A DNA stretch of 64,000 nt, taken from Amoebophrya sp. A120. Lineage: Eukaryota > Protista > Dinoflagellata. The stretch covers positions 9,678,650 through 9,742,649 of the forward strand of contig CAJINV010000002.1 in the NCBI GenBank assembly GCA_905178155.1, read 5' to 3'. A program made the position numbers and the translations under genes. The number at the start of each line of letters is the position of its first letter. Positions within the stretch are counted from its first letter, which is position 1. The notes under the pieces are model-generated. The model did no database searches. It saw nothing but the letters and a program-made list of their open reading frames with translations, and was not told the DNA's origin. Below are positions 1 through 11,200 of this stretch, in pieces.

Positions 1-17
1 CATTTTTGATTGTAATA
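1..17. mobile_element. Right end of a TIR intronic element, truncated by the window start
   Basis: CATTTTTGATTGTAATA fits TTTTT-N6-AATA and resembles the right end of the 52254-52559 element; coding sequence follows immediately. Confidence 0.7.
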
Positions 18-18
18 A

Positions 19-1626
19 TCCGCCAAAGTGCACCTTTACGAGGGCTTCCTGTCCGATGTCGTTCTCTTCAAGGACTTGAACAGGTATTTACAGATGTAAA
101 ATCAATGTTTCGTTTTGAATTATATGAGCAGTTTCTTCAAGAAAAATAAGAATAACATGCAAACTGCCCATGCTATGGATGTTGAACCATGGTGAATCTG
201 CTTTATGAGGTACGAGTTGGGCATGCTCTCAGACCTACTGGTCACCGAGGTGTTCGAGACCAGCGAGACCATCGTGCGGCAGGGCGAGCACGGGGACACG
301 ATGTACATTTTGGAACACGGGGAGTGCAAGGCCTACCTGGAGGGGGACCAGGGTGAGGTGGAGGTGAAGCACTATACCACGCAAGGCGAGTACTTCGGCG
401 AGATCTCACTGATTAAAGAGTGTCCGCGCCGGGCCACCGTGCGGGCCAGCGGCAGCGGTTGTAGTGTGCTGGTGCTCAAGAATATCCAAGAAAAAAAAGA
501 TTGTAGGTGTAAATTTCTTGGAGGAATAGCATGACAGAGATAGCAAAAACCTGTCATGCTGAGATTGTAAGTACGTGAACACGCCGACGCCCTTGAATGG
601 ACCCTACAGTGTAGGCATAGCATGACAGGCGCAATCGATTTGCATTTTGCGCATCACAAGTTTACACTAACAATGTTTTTTTCTTTGATAAAGAAGGCGG
701 ATTTCGACCGCGTCATCGGGCCGATCGTGGACACTTTAACAGGTTGAAAAATGTAGTTGCCCCGCTCTCATGATACGCAGAAGATGAATAAGGATTTGTA
801 CAAGGGAACTACCTGAATAATTTTTGCTACTTCTAAGTACTTCCATTGGAGAAGACGCAAAGGTTCTTTCTTGCATTGATGGCCTTTTTTGCATCACAAT
901 TTTTTTTCTTTTCTGGGAGCGGGGCACTTGTTTTCCGGTTGATGCACTTTGCTCGGCCTTTATCCTGAGTAAAAACGTACCCACACCAGAGTCAAGATGG
1001 GGAATCGGCTAGACAAATCCACAAGTTTTGGCTGTTTTGCATGACAAATTTGGACTCGTAGCGTAGTGCTGTTTGAGCTAGCTCAGCAGCATCACAGATC
1101 TAGCATACCATGCTGATTGGAGCTTGACAAATTGCAAAACATGACTAGAAAATGCTTCTCATGGAGCTCCGCATGAGAAACATTTTCAGCATGCAGATTT
1201 GCATTACAACTCTGGTGTGGGTACGTTTTTACTCAGGATAGCCTTCTGGACGCGTACCCACAGTACCGGGCGTTCTTTCCGTATCAAAAGGAAAAACTCC
1301 CCCTCCCCATATCGAAAACGAAATTTGTGATGCTGGATTTGAGTAAACAAATCAGATCTGTCTTGCTGAAGAGGACTGCAGGCCCACATCAGGACTGAGT
1401 CGAGAGGTTTTGGCCTAGGCGCTTAGCATGAGAAACGTCTGCGCTGTAGGCCAAACAGCATCACAAACCGCCTTCATAATGCGGCGGAGCCTGTGGAGTT
1501 GCCTTCTTGCAGGACAGAGATGATTTGTGGTCGCAAATCAGCATTACAAATTTTCTGCTACGTACCTTTTCGATATGGGCAGGGGGGATTTTTCCGCACA
1601 ATATTCCGAGTAAGGAAAAGGCTTGA
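19..1626 (+). CDS. 3' part of a cyclic-nucleotide-binding protein, PKA regulatory subunit-like (5' truncated). Exons ~19-83, 210-482, 696-736, 950-960, 1246-1281, 1609-1626
   Basis: Spliced translation SAKVHLYEGFLSDVVLFKDLNRYELGMLSDLL...IVRQGEHGDTMYILEHG...GEYFGEISLIKECPRRATVRA...LVLKKADFDRVIGPIVDTLLGLLDAYPQYRAFFPSKEKA*. It contains the cNMP phosphate-binding cassette FGE...PRxAT. One GT-AG intron (84-209) and four TIR introns. Confidence 0.85.
483..690. mobile_element. Non-canonical TIR intron (introner)
   Basis: ~31-nt imperfect TIR TATCCAAGAAAAAAAAGATTGTAGGTGTAAA / TTTACACTAACAATGTTTTTTTCTTTGATA; direct repeat AAGAA at 478-482 and 691-695; removal gives VLK|KADF. Confidence 0.92.
737..944. 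mobile_element. Non-canonical TIR intron with degenerate ends
   Basis: TAACAGGTTGAAAAATGTAGTTGCCCCGCTCTCA / TGGGAGCGGGGCACTTGTTTTCCGGTTGATG; direct repeat CACTT at 732-736 and 945-949; frame restored (DT|LLG). Confidence 0.8.
961..1240. mobile_element. Non-canonical TIR intron with a perfect 32-nt TIR
   Basis: TATCCTGAGTAAAAACGTACCCACACCAGAGT (961-992) is the exact reverse complement of 1209-1240; direct repeat GCCTT at 956-960 and 1241-1245. Confidence 0.95.
1282..1603. mobile_element. Non-canonical TIR intron, family B (second copy at 36357-36677)
   Basis: TIR TATCAAAAGGAAAAACTCCCCCTCCCCATATCGAAA / TTTCGATATGGGCAGGGGGGATTTTTCCGCACAATA; direct repeat TTCCG at 1277-1281 and 1604-1608; near-identical along its length to the copy in the bL25 gene. 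Confidence 0.93.
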
Positions 1627-3350
1627 ATGGGCGTTCATTTCGAGCATGGAGAAAGAAGGCTTGAAAGAGGTCCTGGACCTGGTTGGTCGCGCAGACAATT
1701 ACCTCCCAGAGCGGCAACACCACCTGTGTTTGAGTTACGGACCGAAGTAGTCATGATAAATTTCTACGGAAAAGTATATAGAATTACCACCAATTCGCCG
1801 AAGCAGCAATGTGTGAATATCATCGTGAAGATCAAAATCATTTTTCGTTTTCGCTAGCTTGTACGATTCCCGACTGTAATATCTCAGAGCAAAAGAATCG
1901 TAGGAAATACGACTTTTGCTCGAAGTTGAAGTTGTATAGAGCACGGGCTTACATGTATACATACATTTCCATTGTCGCAGTTGAAATTCAAAGTGAACAG
2001 TCTTTGCAAGTCAGACGCAAGTGCACGTACTTACTCTCAGAAAACAGAAGACGTGGAAAAGCACAGGACATGTTGGTGAGCTGATTCATGTGGCTGGCCT
2101 GGCCGGCCGCGTGCCGGTTAAGTAGTACTGCGGCCATGGTAGTCATGGTCGCTGGCATTGAGTTGCACAACGGTGACGATGTTGTTTCTGCGTCATTATC
2201 GCCCTTTTTTTTATCTTTTCAAATACTCGCACCCCGAAGAAGCGCGGGTCTGAGTTGCTTTTCTTCTGGGAACGTGGCCAAAAGTCGCTTTCTTTAAAGT
2301 TGATTCGTTCGTGGCACTAAGTTGTATCCTGAGATACATCAACTGCAGCATGAATAAAGCCAAAAGCGTATAGAAACGAAACTGCCGCATGTCTGGCGGG
2401 GCACTGGTGTACTTTGGAGGGAATTTGAACCTTACCCTCTCCTGAACAAGTTTCCAAGAGGGAAATATAGATGAAATGAGAATGGTGCGTCTACTTCTTG
2501 GTCCATTGCCTGTCGCTACTCGTATGGTTTGGGTCGTCTGGGGAGTAATCTCCCTGATATCTTTCGGAGTTCAAGAGCTTGGTACGATTCTCCTGCCCCG
2601 CGCCGAGCCGTTACCGGCCGAGACGGCGACCGACGAAACTTTTCTGCAGACCGATGCCAGCGATGAAACCAGAACTTCGGAGAAGCTCCAGCAACAGCAC
2701 GTATTGGGGCTCAACGAAGATGCGGAGTTCTACTCCACGTCGGCCGAAGAGGAGGAAGGTTCTTTCCTTCATCAGTTTCAGGCAGGGCATCAACTAGTAG
2801 ACGGTCACGGTATAAAACTAGTACCACCCCCGCAGCAGGGCGGTGGGCGCGAGCAAGAAGCAAAACAACTGCTGCAGCACCACGATGCCGTTGGTGCCAG
2901 AACGGATGGGGATGAACTAAGACAAGGAGCAGTTTTCCCCACAATTTCGACGTCTATACTGGAAGAAGAGGAGCAAGGGAGTCGTTCTTTTGCAACTGCT
3001 ACTTCTAGCACTTCTTTCGTGCAAGAAGAGAGACCGGGCGAGAGAAGTGAACACCATCGTCCTGCTGCTCCAGCTCCGCCCTCTAGCACAGAACGGCTTC
3101 TGCAGCAGGCTTTACTCCGGCTGGACGCATTGGAAGCGGCAAACCGTGCGCTGGACCAGACGCAGAAAAAACAGAAAGAAATTCTGCAGAATTTGCGAAG
3201 TGAAGACGTGGAATTAGACGAGAAAATAGAGGACGGGGCGAGGGCGCATCAAAAAATGCTTATGATGTACAAAGCGATGTTGATGTAAGTAACAGGAGAT
3301 ACAGATGAATTCAGACTTAAATGAAATGTTTTTCAAATGGCTGGAACAGC

Positions 3351-3421
3351 TTTGCTCATTTTTGCCTTCGCAGAGTTTCATTTTTGCCTTCGCAGAATTT
3401 GCTCATTTTTGCCTTCTGCAG
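3351..3421 (+). repeat. Three-copy tandem repeat of (TTTGC)TCATTTTTGCCTTC(T)GCAG
   Basis: Read directly; each unit is a pyrimidine tract ending in CAG. Confidence 0.8.
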
Positions 3422-3576
3422 CGTCGCTTGGGTCTTGCATAATGTTGTCGCGAATTCGATTCGCCGGGGCTGTGTATCATCAGTTTCTGCACCTCTTGGC
3501 CTGGATTAATCGCGCCGGGGAACGATCACGACTGGCATTCGCGGAAGTTCTGATGCTGATCGGATACCTGTCAATG

Positions 3577-3783
3577 TATCCACTGAAAAAGGCTCTTTGA
3601 TGTTCGACGTGCAGGAAAAAATGCTGTCGCAGCTTACTTGTGAGAAATTACCAGGGCCGCATGCGGCAGGACATTAGTACACGAGCACGAGGTGGCAAAT
3701 GTTATACATACCACGTACGTACATGGCTCCGCGGAGCTGTTGTGGCGCAGAGGGCATCGTGAAGAGAGCTTTTTCAGCGCATA
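3577..3783. mobile_element. Degenerate candidate TIR intron
   Basis: TATCCACTGAAAAAGGCTCT / AGAGCTTTTTCAGCGCATA inverted pair. Removing the element plus 5 nt joins GYLSM to HIGTILPW in frame, but no direct repeat is recognisable. Confidence 0.5.
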
Positions 3784-6700
3784 ATTGTCACATCGGGACG
3801 ATTTTGCCGTGGTGCCTCGTCGTCGGGTCCTTACCGTTGTTACGTATCTGCAGTTGTCGACTTAAGCGGCCCCGGTTCAGTTCAGCAAGAAATTCCCTAC
3901 GAGCTGCGCTGGAAACAAATATGAATACCTCGAGCGGCGATCGTGCGACATCTCGTGCTTCAATAGAAGAACAAGGATCTTCTTCGGGGCCACATGCGAA
4001 GGTCAATCGTACATCGCGCACACCCATACAAGAGAGCAGCGCAGCTACAGGTCTTGTTGCGACGCAAAATCAGAAGGGCGAAACGACCGTGCAGCGCGAG
4101 GGAGAGGCGCCAGATGGTGGGGCGACCGTGGAAGGGTCTGCAGCAGACGCAGAAGTAAGCGACTCTGAGGACAATCCTTTTCCCTACGATTTCATCGAGC
4201 GCGGCACGCTGTCGAATATCGTTCAGGACAGCAGGTCGGCCGAGGGGAGGATTTTTACCGTCACCCTGACTTTGTACATGATTTGTTCTCTGCTGGCTCA
4301 GGCACCGTTTATCGCCTACGACACTTTTTGTCCCTGGCGCAATGACAACCAAGGAGCACTGGGGCACATCGGCGACGCCCAGAGTGCGTCACATGCGGAG
4401 GCTATTCTCCGTGCCCTGTGGACTGTCTTGCCTAGCTTGTCGTTGGTGCTCACTGCGGTGCTGCCCGCAATCTCGAGGGAAGTGGGAAAGGTGCACGCGG
4501 ACAAACACGAGACGCAGCTTTGGCTCCCGGTTATCCACAACCTCTCTGCATTCATGGGGGGTGTGACGCTGCTTTTCTTTGAGACGCTCCAGCTCTGCTG
4601 GGGCGAGAACGTACCACTGTCCTACCTCTTCGCGATCTTTGACCCACCAATTCACCTTACATAGCGATGAATTTCAATGCAATCTTTTTTGCGGTGGGTT
4701 GCATCGACTGGGAGACACTGCCACGACTTTGGAGTGCGGAGAAGTGGTGTCGCCTGGTTTGCCTAGTTTTCACCTACATTTATCGTGTGTGAAATCTCCC
4801 CCGTCGCCACAGACTTCCTAAAACCAGACCGACAACAGCAGAAAAATATGTAGACCCGTCGGCCTTGTTCTTGTTGTGGCAGTATTCCGCCCTTGCTGCG
4901 GTTGCTGTATCAGGTCCGTGTTTTTGTCAAGGCTCCCTGTTCGTTTGTGTCACTTGCATGTGCAGTCGTGTCTCAGCTGTGCTGACGACTTTTTCTTTAC
5001 GGAACGTGTTTTGCTTTTGCTCTCCCTGGGCTCAACTGGCACCAAGTAGTTTTTTTCTCCTAGGTCTTAGGTGTCGGTAGGTAGCCACCGTCACGGGATT
5101 ATTGTCGCCGCGTCCGTCTCACCTTCGATCCGCGCGCCACTGTTCCTCCGCCCACGTGAGCTGCTCAAGATCAATCCGGAAGGGTTTAGGTTAGGTATCA
5201 CGGCTTAGGCCTTTATCCAACTTTACCGAAAGTAAATAATGGAATTAGATATCTCAACTTCGCCTCGCGGCAGTTAGATCTCACATGTAAATCTGGCTGC
5301 AGAAAGATGTCTTCTATAATCGATACAACGCAACAATACTTCAATCGTGGCCACGTACTCACGCTGTCGGCCGCCAAAAGTTGCCATGCGATTATTAATG
5401 TGCGAAACTTAGACCTCTGGATGCGTTTTGTATAGTATGTAAGAACCGTAGAAGTGTTTTCATAATGGGCTGGGCATGTTTTCACACAGGATAACGGGTG
5501 TGGTGTTCTCATGACCATTGCAAAAACTGTAATGATGGTGCACTACGACTGCCTGTTTGGACGTAAAGTGGCAGAGTGGACCGGGAAGAATCTCTTTCAC
5601 TCCAGCTTGTATCAATGTGAAAAGTTGAATGCGCCGTCCGCATTCCGTGTTCCCCATGCGGAAAGGTGTTTCATCCCAGTTTCGTTGTTCCTCATGCAGA
5701 AACAGAGATATCGCTATCCGCTCGATTCATCAATTTCGGATTTTTATGTTTTGTCGCGGCTTGTCTGCCTGTGCTTGCCGTTCCCTGGAACCGAGGGTCT
5801 CGCGTTTGCGCCCACCGTCGAAAGATCTCATGCCGAGTTCGTTGCTTCTCGAAGGTTACGAGAAGTCGGAGGCTGATCAGACGGAATGCCGCCGGTCTTG
5901 TCTGAGCGCCCTTTCTGATTAGCTGGTTGCTTTGCCTGATTCTATTTGTGAGGCCACTCGCCGCAAAATGGGTGGCGCCCCGCCACACAAGATGCTTTTG
6001 AGCTTTGTTGCTAAGCAGGGTCTACTTCCTCGTGGAAACCGCGAGTGGCCTGACAGTATCTCGCTTACGTAAAAGGACGGACACGTGGCGACTTTTTATG
6101 GTTGGTTGACGTGAGAAGCGTTAAGTTAACTTCTGAGACAGTGTGACTTACAGCGTGCCATTCCCTGTTAGGGAATCCAGCTGGTTTGTTTTTGGTCTTG
6201 ATTTGGCGAGGCGCCGACTTGGCAATGATGTACGAATCTCTAGTTCCTCTGTGTATACTTAATCTCTTGCGTTGCCATTAAATGAGCATTGTGCAGCTTG
6301 TCCTGTGGCTGAGCAACCTGCTTGTCCTGCATCGGAGATCGATATCCTATGCTGATTGTAATATCCAATTTGGAACAACATTTGTCTGCAAACGCAGGCT
6401 CCTTTCTGCGTCGGGGTTACTTTCTGTATTTTCAGTAAGGATACTCGTCTGCGGAAGTTTTGGCCGTGTCTTCTGTTCGTAAGCGAGGTGTTGTTTCTGT
6501 ACGCCTTGTGCCTGTTATCCTGTATTAAAGTCGCATATCGTACTTGTACATGTTCACATTCTTCAAAATGGGAAACAAGTGCAAATGTCAGGAAGAAATT
6601 TGTAATATGATGAAATGTTGGTAGTTGAGTCAACATAAGAAAGGAGTTGTACTAGTTGAGGTAGAAGAACAAGACGCACTGATGATCTTGTGACGGTCGA

Positions 6701-7143
6701 ACGATTTTTTTTCTTTGTACAAGTACGGTGAAGCTTGAGTAAATCGGGATACTCGTTGCCCCTGTTGGCCCTCCATGGACGGTTCGGATTTCATGGCGAT
6801 TTCTATGTTGGCTTTTGGGAGGCCGGTCGAGACTTAACTCCGAGCTGGTGGATTGAAGGATTTCTCGCTCCGACGATTCAGAAGCGCGTAGCTGACGTGC
6901 TAACTAGCGAGAATTTGAAGCTGACCGGAGCAACGGAGGAGGAACAGAAGAATCTCTGGCACATGTCCGTATTTGACAACGTCGCTTTTCCAGAGCTTTT
7001 TGAACAAAATTTTGGAAGTGGTGGCGGCGCCGCATGGCAGGTGAAACTCGAGGACGGGAATCTGACCCACTTCAACCCGCGCACGGCCGAAATGCTGTAC
7101 CGGACCAACCATCCGCGCGCGCGATTGGCCGACGGACCTGTGA

Positions 7144-7388
7144 TATCAGACACAAATATGTCTGGGTCTGGAGCATTTTTGCAGAGGTTTGCGATGCAGC
7201 TTTCGTATGACCTATCGAGGAAGGTCTGGACGGCTGGTCGCAGCATCAAAAGCTTTGATGAAGCTCCTCGATGCCCAATCTGCATGAGAAATGGAACCTC
7301 CGGATAACTCAAAGTGGGTTGCTTCATTTGCTACTCATTTAGCATCCATCTTCGAGCAAACATCCAGGGTGGACATTTGCAATGCATA
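7144..7388. mobile_element. Diverged family A TIR intron
   Basis: Left end TATCAGACACAAATATGTCTGGGTCTGGA; decayed right end TCCAGGGTGGACATTTGCAATGCATA; imperfect repeat TGTGA/TTCGA; removal joins GPV|TLWQLMHPE (ORFs 6735 and 7291). Confidence 0.75.
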
Positions 7389-8271
7389 TTCGACGCTGTG
7401 GCAGCTGATGCATCCCGAGTCGTTTTGGCAACTGAATCAGAACGACACTGACGGAAACCGAACCAACAAAGGCCGCGAGACCGAGAGCTCAGGCACCGCC
7501 CCCCAAATTACACGATATAATTCTTCGACGATCCAAGAAGTGCAGGCACTGTCGGACCACGAGCCCGGCCATGGATTTGGTTCCCCGGACGAGTAGGGTA
7601 CGTAGTCGTTAGAGCCACAGGTCAAGAATGTTCGGGCGGAAAACGAGGATGAAAACAGAACCGTAGTAAATGCCTTTGTGTCCTCCTGGAGGGAGGCATC
7701 ATAATTCAAGTATCTATAACTTCTTTATTCATTTGTACTACTAGAGGAAGTGGAGATGAAAGAAAGAAAGTCAAAGCCTTCGACATCACAACAGATGAAT
7801 TGCTCCGTCCGCCGACGTGCACCGCGATCGCCGTGTTGCGCGTCGCGCTACTGTCGTGTCTTTGGAACTAATCCAAGAAGTAATGATATGATAGCGCCGT
7901 ATCACGCAAAGTCGACAACTTTTCAAGTTTTCTCGGTTGGTCTTGGAGCTCTTTTTGCAGGCTTGCGATCCTCCGGAGAAGTAGGATGACCAGGCGAGTG
8001 TAAGTAGTACCTTAGGGGAACGTACGATCGAAGACGAATGCGCTGGATCGATCAAAAAGACATCAAAACCCGTTTGCTCAAGGAGGATGCGTGCAAGGTT
8101 GAACAAGTAGGCGCAAAACCAAAAGTAGTTCTCCGTATGGAGTGGCTTCTACTTCCCTGCCTCCGTTTCCGTTACACTTACATGAGACGGCTATCCTGCT
8201 CGGTGGAATAAAGTTGACAAAGTATCATGCTGCAGGAAGGTCGATCTTGCAGTGCTGTCGTAATCCCGAAG

Positions 8272-11200
8272 ATGAAGATGAAGTTCTTGACCTGGTCTTC
8301 TACGGCGCTTTTCTGCCTGCTGCTCGACGAAGCAGCGCGCGCAGCGTCCTTCCACAGCAGTACCACACCATCTGTGCAGGAGGAGCGACGTCCTGTATTG
8401 CGAGATGAAGTAGTCGCAGCGGAGCCGGACCGAGTCCTTGTCTCGCGGGACCACGACGAGCGCAACTTACTACGCAGTCTCCCCCCTTCACGATTTGAGA
8501 GCGTCGCATTTTCTGCGCAACCTGGAGCGAGAAATCATGCGAGTGTTCCTCAGGACAAGCACGTACAACAGGTGCCAGCAGAAGGTCGTGAGCGTGAAGA
8601 CGACGAGTGGACCCTGGCCGATCTGAGCAGCGTGGGGAGTGATTTTGTTTTCCTGGACGATGATTTGGAGTCGACTTTTTCAATTCGAGCAGAAGGGACG
8701 AGCGGCAGGACCGCATTCCACCCTGGACAATTGGCGGAGACGAGTGCGGAAGAGAATGCAGCTCACGCAACAGAACATCAAAATGTTTTACCACAGCATG
8801 ACCACGGGACGAAAGGGGAGCACGACGAGGGCGAGGAGCTTCAGCAGGCGGGAAGAAGGACGGCACCACTCCGTTTTTCACCCAGTTTACTCACGACCCA
8901 CGTGTGGAGAACCGCGTCACAAGAACATCTAAGCGAGGGAGAAGATGCAACAGTTCTTGTTTTAGACGATGAAAAGCTACTTTCTGCTGACGAAATCCTG
9001 AGCCAGAAGATTCGGTCCTCCGACCAGGCACAGCTTTTGTTGGATTTTTTACAACCAGTGGCGGAGAAGTGGACCGCGGCGCTTTTGCCTCGGACGACTG
9101 GTCGTGGAACTACACCCAGAAAAAGCCGAAACGAAAACAACTACAGGATCGCCCACGAGCTGAGCATCAGCTTTTTTGATCGTGCGAGCCGAAAAGTGGC
9201 GGTGCAGACAAAAGCCGTGCGGCAGATCGGGAAAGCAGAAGTCGAAGAGGAGCTACCGAAGAACGGGAACGAAGTTTGTCCTACTTCAACGAGTGAAACT
9301 AGAATCACACCGAGCGAACTTCTAGGAAATGGAACAAAGCAGGAGAACCACATGAACGCGGGCAACAACAAACAGCTCCTTTTCTCCCCTGGCGCGTCTG
9401 GAATGCTTCCTCTTCTGGTCATTCGCTTGTTTCGTGCGGTGGAAAAGCGGTGCGAAAACTTCTGTGAAACGGAGGAAGCAAAGAGGAGAGAAGCGGAACA
9501 AATGCGAACCGCGACCGCGATGCTTTTTCACCACGCGACCTACTGCAGCTACAACACGACCATGTACAACCCTGTGCAGCACCTTATTCCCAGCTTCACG
9601 AGTGTCACCCACTACGCCGGAAACTACGATAATTACCACTGCGACTATCTCTATGATCCGCTCGGCGTCTTCGCTGGCTACCCACACAATAACATTTCGC
9701 AAAAGGTCGTGGACGACCTTCATGGCGCTACCAACAGCATCGGTTTAGACGAAGTTCTCGCAGGTCAGAATAGTCATCGTCAAGCACAAAATGCCAGTCG
9801 AGGTGGGTCGTTCACGATAATGCGAGAAGACTCCTTGGACTCGTCGGACGAGTCTCCTGGTCGAGGTACGTCCGCGGTATGGTCGCGACGAGACGGACTA
9901 CACGGTGAGAAAACAATGGCAGCCTCCGAGCAGCAGTCTTGCTCACAACAGTGCAAGCGGAGGGTTTGGTTGGAAGAGACCAATGTGATGGAAGAATTCG
10001 TAAAAGTAGTACAACCTCCGCAGCGAAAGGTGTTCGATATCGAGAACCAATTACACCAGCTAAACGAGGAGCGTGAAGGCCGCGTCGCGAACCTGCGGGA
10101 GCTGCTGTTACGGAGCCTGGGCCGCAAACATGTGCTGACAGCTCCGACGTCGAGTGCGAGCGCAGCCGACAAGTCGCTGAGCAAACGCATCCGCGCGTTG
10201 CTCTCCTATGCACCGCATTTCGCCAGGGCGGAGCCGGAGTTTGTATGGAAGTACTTACTGAATTCTGACGATAGCGAGGAGGAACAGGTTGGACCCGAAC
10301 GACCCGAAGGTGCGCCCTTTCTCACTTCAGCCGCCCGCGAAAAGTCCCAGCTTTTTTTCCAACATTTGCTGCTGTTCACGATCGTAAAAATGGAGCGGCT
10401 GAGCCAGGATTTCGAGGCAGAAAGAAAGGACTTTCCGAGCCAGATCCTCTTTGACAACAAGAAACGAGGTAGTCGTGGTTCAGCAACACCAGAAATTGTG
10501 AATGCGGACGGAGGGAGCAAAGATCCCTACGATGTGTTTGATCGGATTCAAGACGAGCAGCAGAAGTGGGAGATCGTCGCAGGTTTCCGGTTTGCCGATG
10601 TTTCGAAGTCCTGCGCTGTACTGGTGGATCACCTATTCAGAACAGGCTCTGCTTCCGAGCACGACGGTTCATCTTCCGCACTTTTTCCACCGGAAGTTTT
10701 GAAACGCAAGCCGAAAAAGCAGCAAGACGTCGCCCCGGCATTGTGTGAAAGTCAACCTCCTTCTCTGGCGGGATCAACCGGCAGCTTGTTCTCGCGGGTG
10801 TTGCGGCGGTTGGTGCCGGGTGCTGTAAGCCCTCTTTCACCTTCCACTTCCGCAGCCAGCACCAACGCCAAGTCTCCCTGCAGCTCTTCGGCTGAGGCGC
10901 TTCACTCTCCTGCGAGCTTGTCTTTCGCACCAACAACTTCGGATCAAGTCGGTCCAAAAGGTGAGGACAGCGCCAGTCCGGACGTCAGCGCAGTAGAGGC
11001 ATTGATCAACACAACGGGGCACGGTCTGACCTTCCAGGGGGTGCACATGATGATGATTGATGACTTGCCAACAGGCTTTTCCCGCAGCACCAGTGCACCG
11101 AGCTTTTCCACTTCGACTACACGCCAGGCATCAAATAATATCACTCGCGTTGCTGATAATGATGAAAGAGCCAGCAGTTCCATCCTCGCCGAGAACCCCA

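Larger units (their letters stand above)
2476..7596 (+). pseudogene. Probable multi-exon, multi-pass membrane protein gene with several apparent 1-nt frameshifts (pseudogene or error-rich assembly)
   Basis: N-terminal hydrophobic segment and coiled coil (2476-3283), GTAAGT donor at 3284, hydrophobic helices in 3789-4640, and further hydrophobic text split across frames near 3434, 4645 and 6760-6832. The last exon joins across the TIR element 7144-7388. The model is uncertain. Confidence 0.4.

Noticed and set aside
5182-5210. Telomere-like GGGTTTAGGTTAGG
   Set aside because: Too short and irregular.
5611-5630. TATCAATGTGAAAAG resembling an element left end
   Set aside because: No matching right end or direct repeat found.
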